64,000 nucleotides of DNA from Salpingoeca rosetta (Eukaryota; Protista; Choanoflagellata): assembly GCA_033442325.1 (NCBI GenBank), contig JAWQFM010000006.1:290355-354354 (forward strand). The letters run 5' to 3'. Every line of letters begins with the position of its first letter. The first letter of the stretch is position 1. Shown here one piece after another: positions 14,101-29,998 of the stretch. Both the position numbers and the translations under genes were made by a program. Below the pieces are notes generated by a model that did no database searches, was not told the origin of the DNA, and saw nothing but the letters and a program-made list of their open reading frames with translations.

Positions 14101-17100
14101 AACGCTGTCTCCAGCGCCCTGTGCAGCATCTTCGTTGATCTCAACACGCACGTCCTCAGTGCGCAGGAGAACGCACCTCAGCACACAGCTCAGGGCACAG
14201 CTGCGCTTGCAACTTCACTTACCCACGATATCGCCAAGCTGGCTTCGTGCATGGACAAACTCGTGTGTGCTCTGCAAGCGGGAGACGTGGCCAAGGCGAT
14301 GCCCTTGAAGGATGACATCAATCAGCAACTCGCAGACCTCCAAGCCAGACTCGAGGCCTCTGCCGCACAGATTGGGCTGGATGTACAAGCATTTTCATCT
14401 GCTGCGCATGAGTTCACAGAGTCCATTGACCACTTGCTTGTGCGCCTGGATGACATGTGTTTTGACGCGGGGGATGGGCCTCTCCTGCAAGCTGCCCGCA
14501 ACGGCTGGTGGCTTGTCCTGAACGATGTCAACTTCTGCCCACACGACTTCTTGCTGCAGCTGCAAGGGTTTCTGGAGAACGACGTCGCTGACATGGGTGC
14601 ACACACTCCAAAAGACACCACCAACGGCACAAGCGCGTGGCAGGTGTCGCCAGACTTCCGCATTATCCTCACGTATGACCCAGACCGACCAGGCGTGGTT
14701 CCGCTGCCACCCTCTGTGCGCCAGCGCTCTGTTGAAGTTGCACTGCCAGCAGTCGATGCGGTGGAGCAGAGAGACACGTTGCATCACATCATGAGCCAGT
14801 GGATCTCAGAGATTGGATGCGACTATCCACAACGAGTGGCAAACGTGTTTGTGACCGCCCACTTTGCAGCAAAGCAGGCAATGTTACCTTCCGAGGCGGA
14901 CGGTCCGTTTGCAGTGACATTCCGAACAGCCATCCGCGCAATGAAGCTGTTCCGCACCCTCATCCCTCACGTGACGCACGCCAACCTGCAGCAGGCAGTG
15001 CTCTTTGTGCTGCGTCAAGTCTACGATCAGCATGGTGGTGGCGTCATCAAGCAGCCCTTGCTGGCCGAGCTCCAGCATTGGCCTGGCGAAGAGCCGAGGT
15101 CACTCAACACATGCATCGTATCATCTGGCGATACTGCCATCTCAACAATTGACGACACACTTGGTGCGCTCATATGGCACATGGCGGGTGTGGCGATGAA
15201 GGATGACAGCACAACCGACAGCACACAGGATATTTGTCACTGGGCGGTGGCCAGAGCCATGCAGTCCCTGGGCTGCGGCGGGGAGGAGCTGTCCCATGCT
15301 CACTTTCCTGACAAGCCGCAGCTCTTCTTCAACGCCTTCGCTGATCCCGAGCACTCCATTGCGCTTCTTGCTCTGGAAGCTCAAAGCGTAGAGATTGTGT
15401 CACGACAACAAGTGTTGGCGACTGTGCGCACTCTTCAACGCGCACTGGCAGATATTCCGCAAGTGGCAACCCTGCAGGACTGCGACAAATGGCGCAACAA
15501 GCTGCAACAGTGGTTGGAGGCATGTCAACACCTTGTGATCGCAGGTCGCACATTATCCAGGCGCCCTGGCATGCAAGACCTTGTCTCGTCCTTTGAAGGA
15601 GTGGTGGCTGCCCTGAGCAACTACGTGACTGCTTTTTCTGGACTGTTCAGGGAAGAGGTTGGTGCTCAGGTTCTGCTGTCTCGATTCAGAGCACTCATCG
15701 AAGCCGCGGAGCGACGCATGGCAACGGCGTTGCCTGACTCCAAAGGAAGGCTTGGATTCTTCATTGCACAAATGGAGGCAGTTGTTCGCGCCAAACTCGT
15801 GCCACTCTCCCTGCAAGACCAGTCCGTATTTCGCATTCTCGCCCAATCTCCATCGCTCCGAGGGCTCATGCTACGATTCAGCATGTTCCTTCCAAAAGCC
15901 ACCATCCATTTGTCAGCAGCAGCCCTCTGCCTGCGCAGGGACATACCTTTCTCCGCTGACGAGTACACGGCCACAGCAACCACGCTTGCCAGAATGGTCA
16001 GTGCCGCGGCCACCTCAAGTGATGCTGGCGGCAAGGAAGCCAACCCTCTCTTGTCCCAGGATTTCATCACAAAGGCCAACTTGATGCAAGACAAGTTTGA
16101 GGATGTGAAGGATATCCTTGGGCCTCGCTTCAACAAAGCTCGTCGAGAGTACAGGAAGGCCGTCGCGGAGAAGCTTGATGACGACACTCCCGACTCTGTT
16201 CGTACATTCCTGTCAAACTTTGAAGAGCCTGCATTGGCTCCACCGGAGGAGTGTGGGGAAGAGTTTGCAGAGCTTGTGGAGAAGCGACACCAAGTGGCGG
16301 GATTGCACGAGGAGATGACTGCGCTCAAGGAAGAGCTGGATGACCTCAAGCAATGCGTGTTTGAGATGTTGGAAGAGCACGGTCCCGCGCTTCAGCCATC
16401 GCAGCACCAGTTTGACGTAATGGAGGCCAAGCGTGTCCTTGAAGGTGGTGCTGATGCCGGCTTTGAGGAGAGCGATAAGATCCAAGACGCCTGGCATGTG
16501 TTCCGGAACTTTGCAGCGTCATCCCCGAACACATTCCTGGTTGTTGTGAACGCTGCGGCTGAAGACTGGCGCACACAAGTGGATGTGCAGCTGCTTTGCG
16601 AGCGTGGACATGACACTGCGGTCGTTGTTGTTGTTCCTGCATTCCTATTGAGAGAGCGCCACGTATCTGCGAACGAGAGCGAAGAAGTCATGGACGGCGG
16701 AGCACTGAAACTCAGGGTCACGCTCGTTGAGGAAGCTGAGACCGGCGCAGGGTCCAAAATGCTGGAGCAGGTCATCACTCAGCTCATGACACCTCACCGA
16801 GATGCAGACTTTTCCCTCGAGCGCAAAGTGGAGCGGTTTCAGGGACGAAGAAAAGCGCTGACAGGGCACAGCACGGCAAGCCATGTCATGACCAGAGCCA
16901 TTGTTACACACTGCTCCTCCCAGCGCAAGGTTGTGGCGGCCTCAAACTCGATCGTGAGGACGCTCGCCGCCTTGAAACGGCACGACATGGAGTCTGACGC
17001 GTGGGTGAGCAAAGTTGGCTTGCTCATCACCCACATCAAGGGCTTGCACAAGGCTGTTGACGCCAACAAGGATACTGAGCATCAAATGTCTGACGCAGTT

Positions 17101-20100
17101 GTCGAGTTTTGGGCATCGCAGTCTATTGATGAGCGTACGAAGATTGGCTTGCACCATGCCCTCGTCACGCTGGCCAACGACGATGTTCCTGGGTCTGCCC
17201 GCATGCTGCAAGCTCTTGACCAAGACACATTGGACAAGTACCGCTGCATGTTTGCGGTGGTGCGCGTGTGCACGCTTTATGCATCACACGGGGATGCCGG
17301 CATGTCCTCCGTTCAACCTGCAATCTCCTCCATGCTTTCAGCGTGGTTGGATGACGTTCCGCCACAATCCACAATGGCCGATGCGCTCTCAACCATCCTC
17401 TCCAGCTGTCCTCTAACCGCACGTGTCTTCAAGGACAATATCTCGGCTTTGTTGCAGCTGCTTGGTCAGAAACTTGTGGGCGGCAAGGAAGCACGTCAGC
17501 AGCTGGCGGCTGTTCTTGACCAACTGCGTGAACTGCAGGAGCAGCAACCAACGCCACCAGAGCTCGAGGCGGATATCAACCGGCTTTCCTCGTTGCTGAG
17601 CTCAGATGATGTTTGCGGAGTGGACATGACGTTTTGGCAGCGAAAGCCCGAGGAATGGCGAAAGCGTTTGCGTGAGGAGAAGCAGCGCCATGCAAGACGA
17701 GAACTCCGTTCAATGTTCAAACTGCCAGCTCTCGAAGGCACCCTCACGCATGAGCTGGTGGACGCCTTGAAGGGGCTGGCTGCAGATGTGAAGAAGTTCA
17801 ACCGATCGGCTGTGCAATGCTCAGATCTCCGGGCAAAGCTGAAACGTGTTCTGGCCGGCCAGGTTGTGGACAACATTGCTGATCTTGTCCACCAAATCGC
17901 GGGTCTGTGTGGCGAAGCCACACAACTTATGTCAAGACTGCAAGACAAGCAACACCTCGTGCTCCAACAACACAAGGTGCCAGCTGATGTGTTGCCACAC
18001 GTGCTCAAAGCGATGCAGCGTGTCGCCAGTGCCACGTGTATGACTCCAGATACGACTGAGTCCGCAGATTGGTTCAACCTCACACCAGATGAGCTGGTAC
18101 TTGGAGTGGTTCCAGCTGGGTGGCGCGTCGTGTTGTCCCGCGGCTTGAGTGCTGAAGAGATTGAGCAGCAAGCAGAGCAATTTTCGCATTGCACAACGAA
18201 TACCTTCGGACCCATGCATGAACGCTTTGCGGGAATGGAGCTCACCCTGAACAATTGTGCCGAACAGGTGCGTAGTTCACTTTGTGATCTGGTCAGAAGC
18301 ATCAAGGAAACGATCCAGCAGTCAGATCTGCAAGGTCACTCTCAAACAGGGATGAGAAAGCGAGAAGCGCAAGATCAAGTCGTGGACAAGCTGCAACAAG
18401 TCGAAGACGGGCTTGCAGCAGAGACCTCAGACGACATTGACAGCCACACCGAGGCCCAAGAGTGCTTGAATTTGGTCCTCCCTGGCACCAAGGCATCACA
18501 GCAACTCCAGCACATTTGCGGTGCACTCGATGTGATGCGCTGCTTTGACCAGTCCCAACACCAGGCCACGGAGGATTCAGCAAGTCCCTCCACAGACCTG
18601 ATCCGGCGCGAAGGGGAAAGTGTTGTTGACTGCGTCCAGCGTGTCCTTCAGCGAACCAACATTTCTGACCCGCACAATGTTGCCGTGCAGAGGGTGTGGT
18701 GCTGGTACTTGTCGACTCTGTTGATTGTGGGGGCGCGCAACAGCAGCGAGGTCAAGTGGGGCACGACAGATGTTTCGGAACAAGCGCGGGATGTTGCTGT
18801 GCGGTGCTGTCAGAGCCTGATGGACTTTGGCAGCGCCGTTTCCGTCACCAAACGCACCATCGAGTCATTTGAGCATGCGCTGTCCCAATGTGACCTGTCC
18901 ACCGGCACCTTCAAGTTCAGTGTGAAGGTGCTGCACTCGCTCAGCGTGCTTCACATTTTGACGCTTCCACGGCCGCTCATCGACGTTGCGTTTGCATTGT
19001 CGCGAACCTCCGCGGTAGAAGCCAACGTGGATGTGCCTGTTGCGGTGGGTCAGTTTGTGGAGGGCACGCTTCCTGAGTATGCTCGAGCGCTGCTTCAGAG
19101 CGCCTTGTCTGGCCAGCCACCATCAGTGATCGACGCGCTGGATGAGGTACTGCCACCTCCGAGTGAGGTGGAAACATTGGACGCTCTCATGCCTTGGGAA
19201 GGTGTGCTGTCGAACATCTCCGCCACGCCCGCTCCAGCAGGAGCTATTCCAGCCACGACTTTGGGCACCGAAGGGCCGTCCACCTTGACAACATTCACCG
19301 CAGCATTTGGGAACACCAACGAGGACAAAGATGATGACGAGGATGATGACATTGTTGGTGACAACACGACAGCATCGCAGGCAGCAAGTTTGTACGGCTT
19401 CAACCCTGATGATGCCGTTGATCGCATGAGCATCAGTCTCAAAAAGCTCATCTTTGACGAGGGTGCAACACCTGGCGACAGCGATGGTGATCACAGGTCC
19501 AGCGGTGACGGGAGCGGTGGATCAAGGCCTGGTGCCCATGTGGCCACACCAGCGCACGCTGATGGTGTTCGCATTTCTTCTTCGATGCTGGCAAACGCCA
19601 TCATCAAGACCAGCGCATCCACCTCATCTACCTCATCATCATCAGACAGAAAGCGGATGGTCACTTGCAAGGTCAAACTGACGAAAGAGGACATCATGGC
19701 TGCGACAAAGCAGTTCCAGCATCGGCGTGGAAGCGGGGAAGTGCGATTCCGACCTGCCGCGCTCTCTGCCGATCGTGAGATTGGACATGTGACCACGGTC
19801 AAAGACATTGACTTCAAGGATGGGTTCTCGTTTCAGGAGTCCCTGTTTGGCCGGCTGTGTCGTGCGCACCACATGAACATCCTGTCCCTTCAGCAAAAGG
19901 TGCTGGATCTGCTCATGCAAACACACGTTCGCGGTGTGGAGGTGCATCTTGAGGTGGCCATTCTGGTCGACAATTCGCTCTCCATGCAAGGCGGGTGCGG
20001 CAACCAAGCTCGCCAAACACTGGTGGTGCTGTTGGAGGCACTGCGGCGCCTGGAATTGAAGACTGCGGTCCTTTCGTTTGCTGGGAAGGGCCAGGAGCGG

Positions 20101-21801
20101 TGGCTGAAGAAGTTTGAGCACGCCATGTCCTGTGAGAAGGGTGAAGAAGTGCTGCTGCGCCTCAACTTCAACCAGTTTGGCACTGCAATTGCGGATGCAA
20201 TGCACTGTGCGCGCGCGCATCTGGCTGAGCGTCGACGCACGCGCTCCGCCAGTGGGAAAGCCGTGTATCCGCAGACAATGGTGGTGATCACAGACGGTCT
20301 GTCAAGCCAACTGAAGGCGGAGGGGCAGGCCCATTCTGCGTTCTCGCAGGTGCTGTCGAAAGCTACCTCAGAAGGCGTGAAGGTTGTTGGCATTGAGATG
20401 AGCAGCTCAACGGCGATGGGTGGAAGCGACTTGCGCAGCTTGGCCAAGCATGGGCTGGCATGGACCCAGCCAAACCTGAAGAGCATGAGCGTGGAGGTGC
20501 CCAGCGTGTTGTGCCGGGTGCTGGAGGAGCAGCTGAGGCAGCACAAGGGTGTTGTGTCACGCCAGCCTCCATTCGATGGCAACCGCGTGCGTCTGGGTGT
20601 CAACGGACGCATCTCAGCCTTTGAGCTTGATTTGCAGGAGCTGGCCAGCGATCGGTGGATTGACACGTACAAGCCAGGGCCGTACCGCCCGCCAAATGTG
20701 TGCGTGCAGGCCCTTGGTGCTCCACCGCAGAAGTGCAAGGCGCCGATGCTGCGTTCGGATGTTCTGCGGAAGATGCGTGTGACCCACACGATGTATCGAC
20801 GCGCCGCAACCCCGTGTGAACACTCAGCTCAGTGGTACACGGACACGTTGCAGAAGTACGGCCAGCAAGTGAACATGGTGCAAGATGTGCTGAAGCAGCA
20901 CCTGACGAAGCGTGCATCCATGCGCAAGAAGGCTGGCTTCACCAGCGGCAAGAGCGTCAACCCAGCCAAGCTGATGCAATGCAAGGCGACCCAATTCACC
21001 TCCACTGCGTATTGGGAACGCTACGTGCCTGAGGGCCGGCCAGCCTACCGCTTTGCACTGGCAATTGACATGAGCGCATCCACCGGTGACACGCCAACGT
21101 CCTTCTTCAATGCACAGTCCCTGGTGCTGCTGCTGGAGGCCTTCAAGCGATTTGGGCTGCATGACACAATTGTGTACGGGTTTGGCGAGAGCGCGTGCAC
21201 GCTGATGAAGGATCGCACAGAGCACGTGGACGCGACAGCGCTGAGCACCATCGTGCGCACGCTGGCAACTGTTGGGTTTGCGCAGCAGTCGACGAACGTG
21301 GCTGCCGCCATCGCCGCTGGCGTGGAGCTGTTGACGGAGGCGAATGACAACGACGCGAGTGTTGAGACGTCGACGCTGTTTGTGTTGACGGACGATACGC
21401 CAGATCCACAGCATGAGGCCGCGCTGCGGTACGCCGCTGCCCTCGGCATTGACGCGGTGCAGATTGTGATTGGCACGGTGCCCACGTCCACGCAGCGCGC
21501 GTTCACCCGCTTCATCGAAGTGTCGTCGCCGCTTGAGCTGCCAAAAGCACTTGACATGTACTTTAAGCGCGTGCATCTTCCGCAAGCACGAAGCCAAATG
21601 GTCCCCGTGCGCAGGGGTGATTTCGTGCTGAGTGATGATGGGCAGAAGGATGTGCAGGAAAAGGTCGCTGCTGAGTTGGCCAAAGACAGCCCGTATCGAG
21701 GGTATCTTGTTGAGGAAGAGGACGAGTTTGTCGTAGAGGCGCAAGTCGAAGGGACTGGGAATAGACAGCACTTGCTACTTGACATGAGCGAACTCTGTTG
21801 A
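3814..21801 (+). CDS. Giant midasin(Rea1/MDN1)-like protein: N-terminal helical region, 6 AAA+ modules, long linker, two vWA/MIDAS domains. Exons ~3814-4013 (or to 3885), ~4290/4400-4663, 4877-5012, 5240-21801
   Basis: Stop-free 5590-aa frame. P-loops: LQGETGVGKT (~7573), ICGPSGAGKQ (~9001), FEGSQAVGKT (~9907), LIGPTSRKT (~10879), LLGPPASGKL (~12829), MRGPTASGKT (~13936), each followed by a Walker-B-like strand. vWA motifs: ILVDNSLSM..GT..VITDG (~19960-20300) and LAIDMSAS..TN..VLTDD (~21058-21396). The 5' exon structure is uncertain. Confidence 0.85.
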
Positions 21802-22383
21802 AGTGATGCTTGTGTATTTGTGTGTTGTGTGTGTGGGGGGGGGTGCGTTATTGGGCTTGAAGTGTTCAAAGATGAGAGGACGTGTTTCTGTTTCTTCTGT
21901 TCAGGAGGGGGGCGGACTGTTGACGAGGAGAGAGTGCTTGAGTACTTTGAGTAGCAGATGAGGTATTCATCAAATTGCGTTGTTGCGTTGTTGCGTTGTA
22001 TTCGTTGATTTGAGTGTTTGCGGATTAAAAGAAACACATCATTGCTAAGTACATTCTAATGAAGCCACGCCAGCCACGTGAGCGTGTTCCTCGGAGAAAG
22101 TGGGCAAGGGATGGGAGACGCAAGAGACAGGGCTGTCACTGCGACACAAGTCTTTTACTTGAAGACCCCCGAGTCGTGCTTATGAAACAAGGGAACAGCC
22201 AGACAACCACAACGACAACTGCAACGGACCGGAAGCTGCTTCCACCTCATCCGAAGGGAAAACAAAAAGAACACCGCAAAACGTGTCTGACTGGAATAAA
22301 TCGTTCTGCGATTTACCGCGCGCTGCTGCTGCCTTCCTCACCACTGCCTCGCCAACTGCCTCATCGACCACTCCACTCCAACG

Positions 22384-22765
22384 ATGGCGTCCATCCACAC
22401 CGCTCCCGATCAAATCTCCGCTGAAGACTCAGTCGACACCCTCGGTGCGCACTTGCCATCCTTGCGTCTGTTGCCTCACAACGAACAGCCTTCATGTAGT
22501 GCGTGTGTCGATGTACGTACCTCTATGATTTCGTGTGTCTGTGTCTATGTGCGTTCATCTTCCGCTGCATGTGCATGTGTGGTGTGTATCCCAGGGACTG
22601 GGCCACAAGTCACAGCCACGACGCAACAACGCCAGGCACATGTCGCCACTCCGGGTTCTGATGCGATTGACACCGGTTCTGTTCCGGCACCAAAACGCAA
22701 ACCAAGCCGGCGCTCAGGTGAAACAGGATATCATGCACGTGTACACGAGCGTGCTCGTGCGCGTG

Positions 22766-22845
<80 letters not shown>

Positions 22846-22909
22846 TGTGTGTGTGTGTGCGTGTGTGTGTGTGTGTGCGTGTGTGAGAGAGAGAGAGAGA
22901 CACACACGC

Positions 22910-22972
<63 letters not shown>

Positions 22973-24108
22973 GCCAGACAGACACAGAGACACACCCACA
23001 CACGCGCAGACACACACAGACACATCNNNNNNNNNNNNNNNNNNNNNNNNNNNNNNNNNNNNNNNNNNNNNNNNNNNNNNNNNNNNNNNNNNNNNNNNNN
23101 NNNNNNNNNNNNNNNNNNNNNNNNNNNNNNNNNNNNNNNNNNNNNNNNNNNNNNNNNNNNNNNNNNNNNNNNNNNNNNNNNNNNNNNNNNNNNNNNNNNN
23201 NNNNNNNNNNNNNNNNNNNNNNNNNNNNNNNNNNNNNNNNNNNNNNNNNNNNNNNNNNNNNNNNNNNNNNNNNNNNNNNNNNNNNNNNNNNNNNNNNNNN
23301 NNNNNNNNNNNNNNNNNNNNNNNNNNNNNNNNNNNNNNNNNNNNNNNNNNNNNNNNNNNNNNNNNNNNNNNNNNNNNNNNNNNNNNNNNNNNNNNNNNNN
23401 NNNNNNNNNNNNNNNNNNNNNNNNNNNNNNNNNNNNNNNNNNNNNNNNNNNNNNNNNNNNNNNNNNNNNNNNNNNNNNNNNNNNNNNNNNNNNNNNNNNN
23501 NNNNNNNNNNNNNNNNNNNNNNNNNNNNNNNNNNNNNNNNNNNNNNNNNNNNNNNNNNNNNNNNNNNNNNNNNNNNNNNNNNNNNNNNNNNNNNNNNNNN
23601 NNNNNNNNNNNNNNNNNNNNNNNNNNNNNNNNNNNNNNNNNNNNNNNNNNNNNNNNNNNNNNNNNNNNNNNNNNNNNNNNNNNNNNNNNNNNNNNNNNNN
23701 NNNNNNNNNNNNNNNNNNNNNNNNNNNNNNNNNNNNNNNNNNNNNNNNNNNNNNNNNNNNNNNNNNNNNNNNNNNNNNNNNNNNNNNNNNNNNNNNNNNN
23801 NNNNNNNNNNNNNNNNNNNNNNNNNNNNNNNNNNNNNNNNNNNNNNNNNNNNNNNNNNNNNNNNNNNNNNNNNNNNNNNNNNNNNNNNNNNNNNNNNNNN
23901 NNNNNNNNNNNNNNNNNNNNNNNNNNNNNNNNNNNNNNNNNNNNNNNNNNNNNNNNNNNNNNNNNNNNNNNNNNNNNNNNNNNNNNNNNNNNNNNNNNNN
24001 NNNNNNNNNNNNNNCCAACCAACAATCTCATCGGCGACCGTACATTCTGCAAACATACAGATGATGCGCGGCAGCCGCAGTCGGAGTCAAATGACGCGGA
24101 GCACGCAG
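22384..24108 (+). CDS. Possible small multi-exon hypothetical gene interrupted by the assembly gap (exons ~22384-22444, 22595-22717, 24061-24108)
   Basis: ATG-initiated MASIHTAPDQISAEDSVDTL with phase-compatible GT-AG sites. No recognisable domain and no clear stop codon. Confidence 0.3.
22768..23026. repeat. Compound microsatellite (GA)n-(GT)n-(CAGA)n flanking the assembly gap
   Basis: Directly visible. Confidence 0.9.
23027..24014. other. Assembly gap (N run)
   Basis: Run of N. Confidence 1.
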
Positions 24109-24464
24109 GTACCCTTACTTTGACACACACACACACGCCAACACACACACACGCCAACACACACACACACACACACACCAACACACATGTCCTGACGTTG
24201 CTTCTTCCGCTTGTCACTCGCAACCTCAAGTGCAAGGTGCCCGGCGAACGGAGCCAGTTTTCCAGGAACAGCAGGTCCAATCTCGCGGCGAGGCTCTGGG
24301 TTCAGCGAAATGATGGTGTGTAGCTTGCCCACTTCGCCACATGTACCTTGCCTACTTCTCCAGCACGTTGTTCAAGTGGATCAACACGTACTCATCGTCC
24401 AAGCTGTTGGGGTGTGTTTTGACAACCAGGTGCGCCACTCGCTGTCTCCCTCCTGCAGTCACTG

Positions 24465-28390
<3,926 letters not shown>

Positions 28391-28876
28391 CACGCGCTGT
28401 GTTTGGATATGCTTGTTGTTGTACTTAAGCCCAACAGTGTGCGGATGGGAAGCGAGAAACGCAAGCTTGCTTGTTCTAAACGATCACCACTCAGACACAA
28501 CCTTGACAACCAACCAACACGAACCAAACACCCATTCTTTGAAGAGGAAAGTTAACGAGACGACAACCAAAGGGGCGAGACGAACGAATGAAGGCAGCGA
28601 GACAAAGGGGACAAAGGCAAATGATACAGGCACTGCCTTCAGGTTGTGTATGTGCGTGCGTATGCGCGCGCTTTGGGGCGACCACTGAATCAATGGACGA
28701 CAATGCCTGTGAGGCGGAAACATGAAGGAGCATGAAGGCGAGCAGCAGCAGCTATCAACGAAACACAGGAAAAGACGCATGGAAAGTGTCAACTTCACCT
28801 CAGCAGCACACGGAACAAAACACAACACCCCAAAGAATCAACCGAACGACAAGATCAACACTTTAAACGTGACACT

Positions 28877-29485
28877 TCAGCTGTGGAAGGGAAGATCTGT
28901 CATGATTGCAATGACCACAGCCAGCACGGCGAGAACAATCGCCAGCAGCAGTCCCCACAAGTGTCTGCTTGTTCCGCGATCCTCTTCACTCGCCGTTGCA
29001 GCCTGCCCATCGTTTGTTTGCGATGCTGCTGCTGCCGCTGCTCCCACATCACCATCACCATTACCGTCACCGTCACCATTGCCAGCAGTGCTGCGTGGTG
29101 TATCTGCAGCCTCCTCAAGCCTCTGCTGCACGGACGACTGCAGCTCAAGCTCCTCCTGTCGCCGTTTCGCCATCGCCTCGTCTGCAGCGCGACGCACTCG
29201 CTCGCTCTCCTCAGCCTGTGGTGGGTGATGAAGGTTGGGGTGGTGGTGGTGGTGGTGAAGGGATGGAAGGGTGAGCTGGGGCGACAGCGAAACATACAGA
29301 CCAGCAGTCAATGGGTTGAGGTGTTGATGAATGGCTTGAGGCGTATCGCTCTGATGACGGGTGGATGTCATTTGTTCCAACATGCGCAGGCCATCCTTCC
29401 AACACTCATATTGTTGCACTCTTCCTCTCCAACCACACACATACACACAGACACACACAGAGACACACAGACACACAGACACACA

Positions 29486-29521
<36 letters not shown>

Positions 29522-29913
29522 TGACAGACCTCGAGCTTCTTTGAGAGCGGGGTGGTTGGCGTCTCCTTGGCCACAGCAACAGCCCTGTCCTGCCCGTCCT
29601 TATCGTAGCGAAGATAGAGCTCAACCGTGTCGCCCGCGGCAGCAAGGCGGCTGATGGCGTCCGACAGCTTGGCACGGGTCATGTCCTCCCCGTTGATGGC
29701 CAGCAGCACCATGTTGGGGCGCACGTACGCGCGGTGGGCGGGGGAGTTGGGTGCAACGCGGAAGACGAAGATGCTGCGCTCACCCTTCAGCAGCTCCATG
29801 CCAAACAGCTACAACGGCGATTGTGGTCGTGATGATTGTGGCGGTAGTTGGTACAGGCGGTTTTATGAGAACAAAGATGATGAAGATCGGGGATGTGCAC
29901 ATTTGTGTGTGGT

Positions 29914-29998
<85 letters not shown>

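Noticed and set aside
3814-21801. Assigning the symbol MDN1 to the giant gene
   Set aside because: The AAA motifs are much more divergent than expected, there is an extra vWA and no long D/E tether. Orthology cannot be asserted without a phylogeny.
5695-22037. Long antisense ORFs (434, 550, 315 and 330 aa) over the giant gene
   Set aside because: Shadow ORFs produced by codon bias of the plus-strand CDS; no domain motifs
22384-24280. ORFs of 430-580 aa spanning the first gap
   Set aside because: Their length comes from N runs translated as X
24087-24460. Coding-looking minus-strand fragments (VAHLVVKTHPNSLDDEYVLIHLNNVLEK* and GKLHTIISLNPEPRREIGPAVPGKLAPF)
   Set aside because: They are in different frames with no consistent start or splice model and no recognisable homology; possibly a decayed fragment, but unsupported
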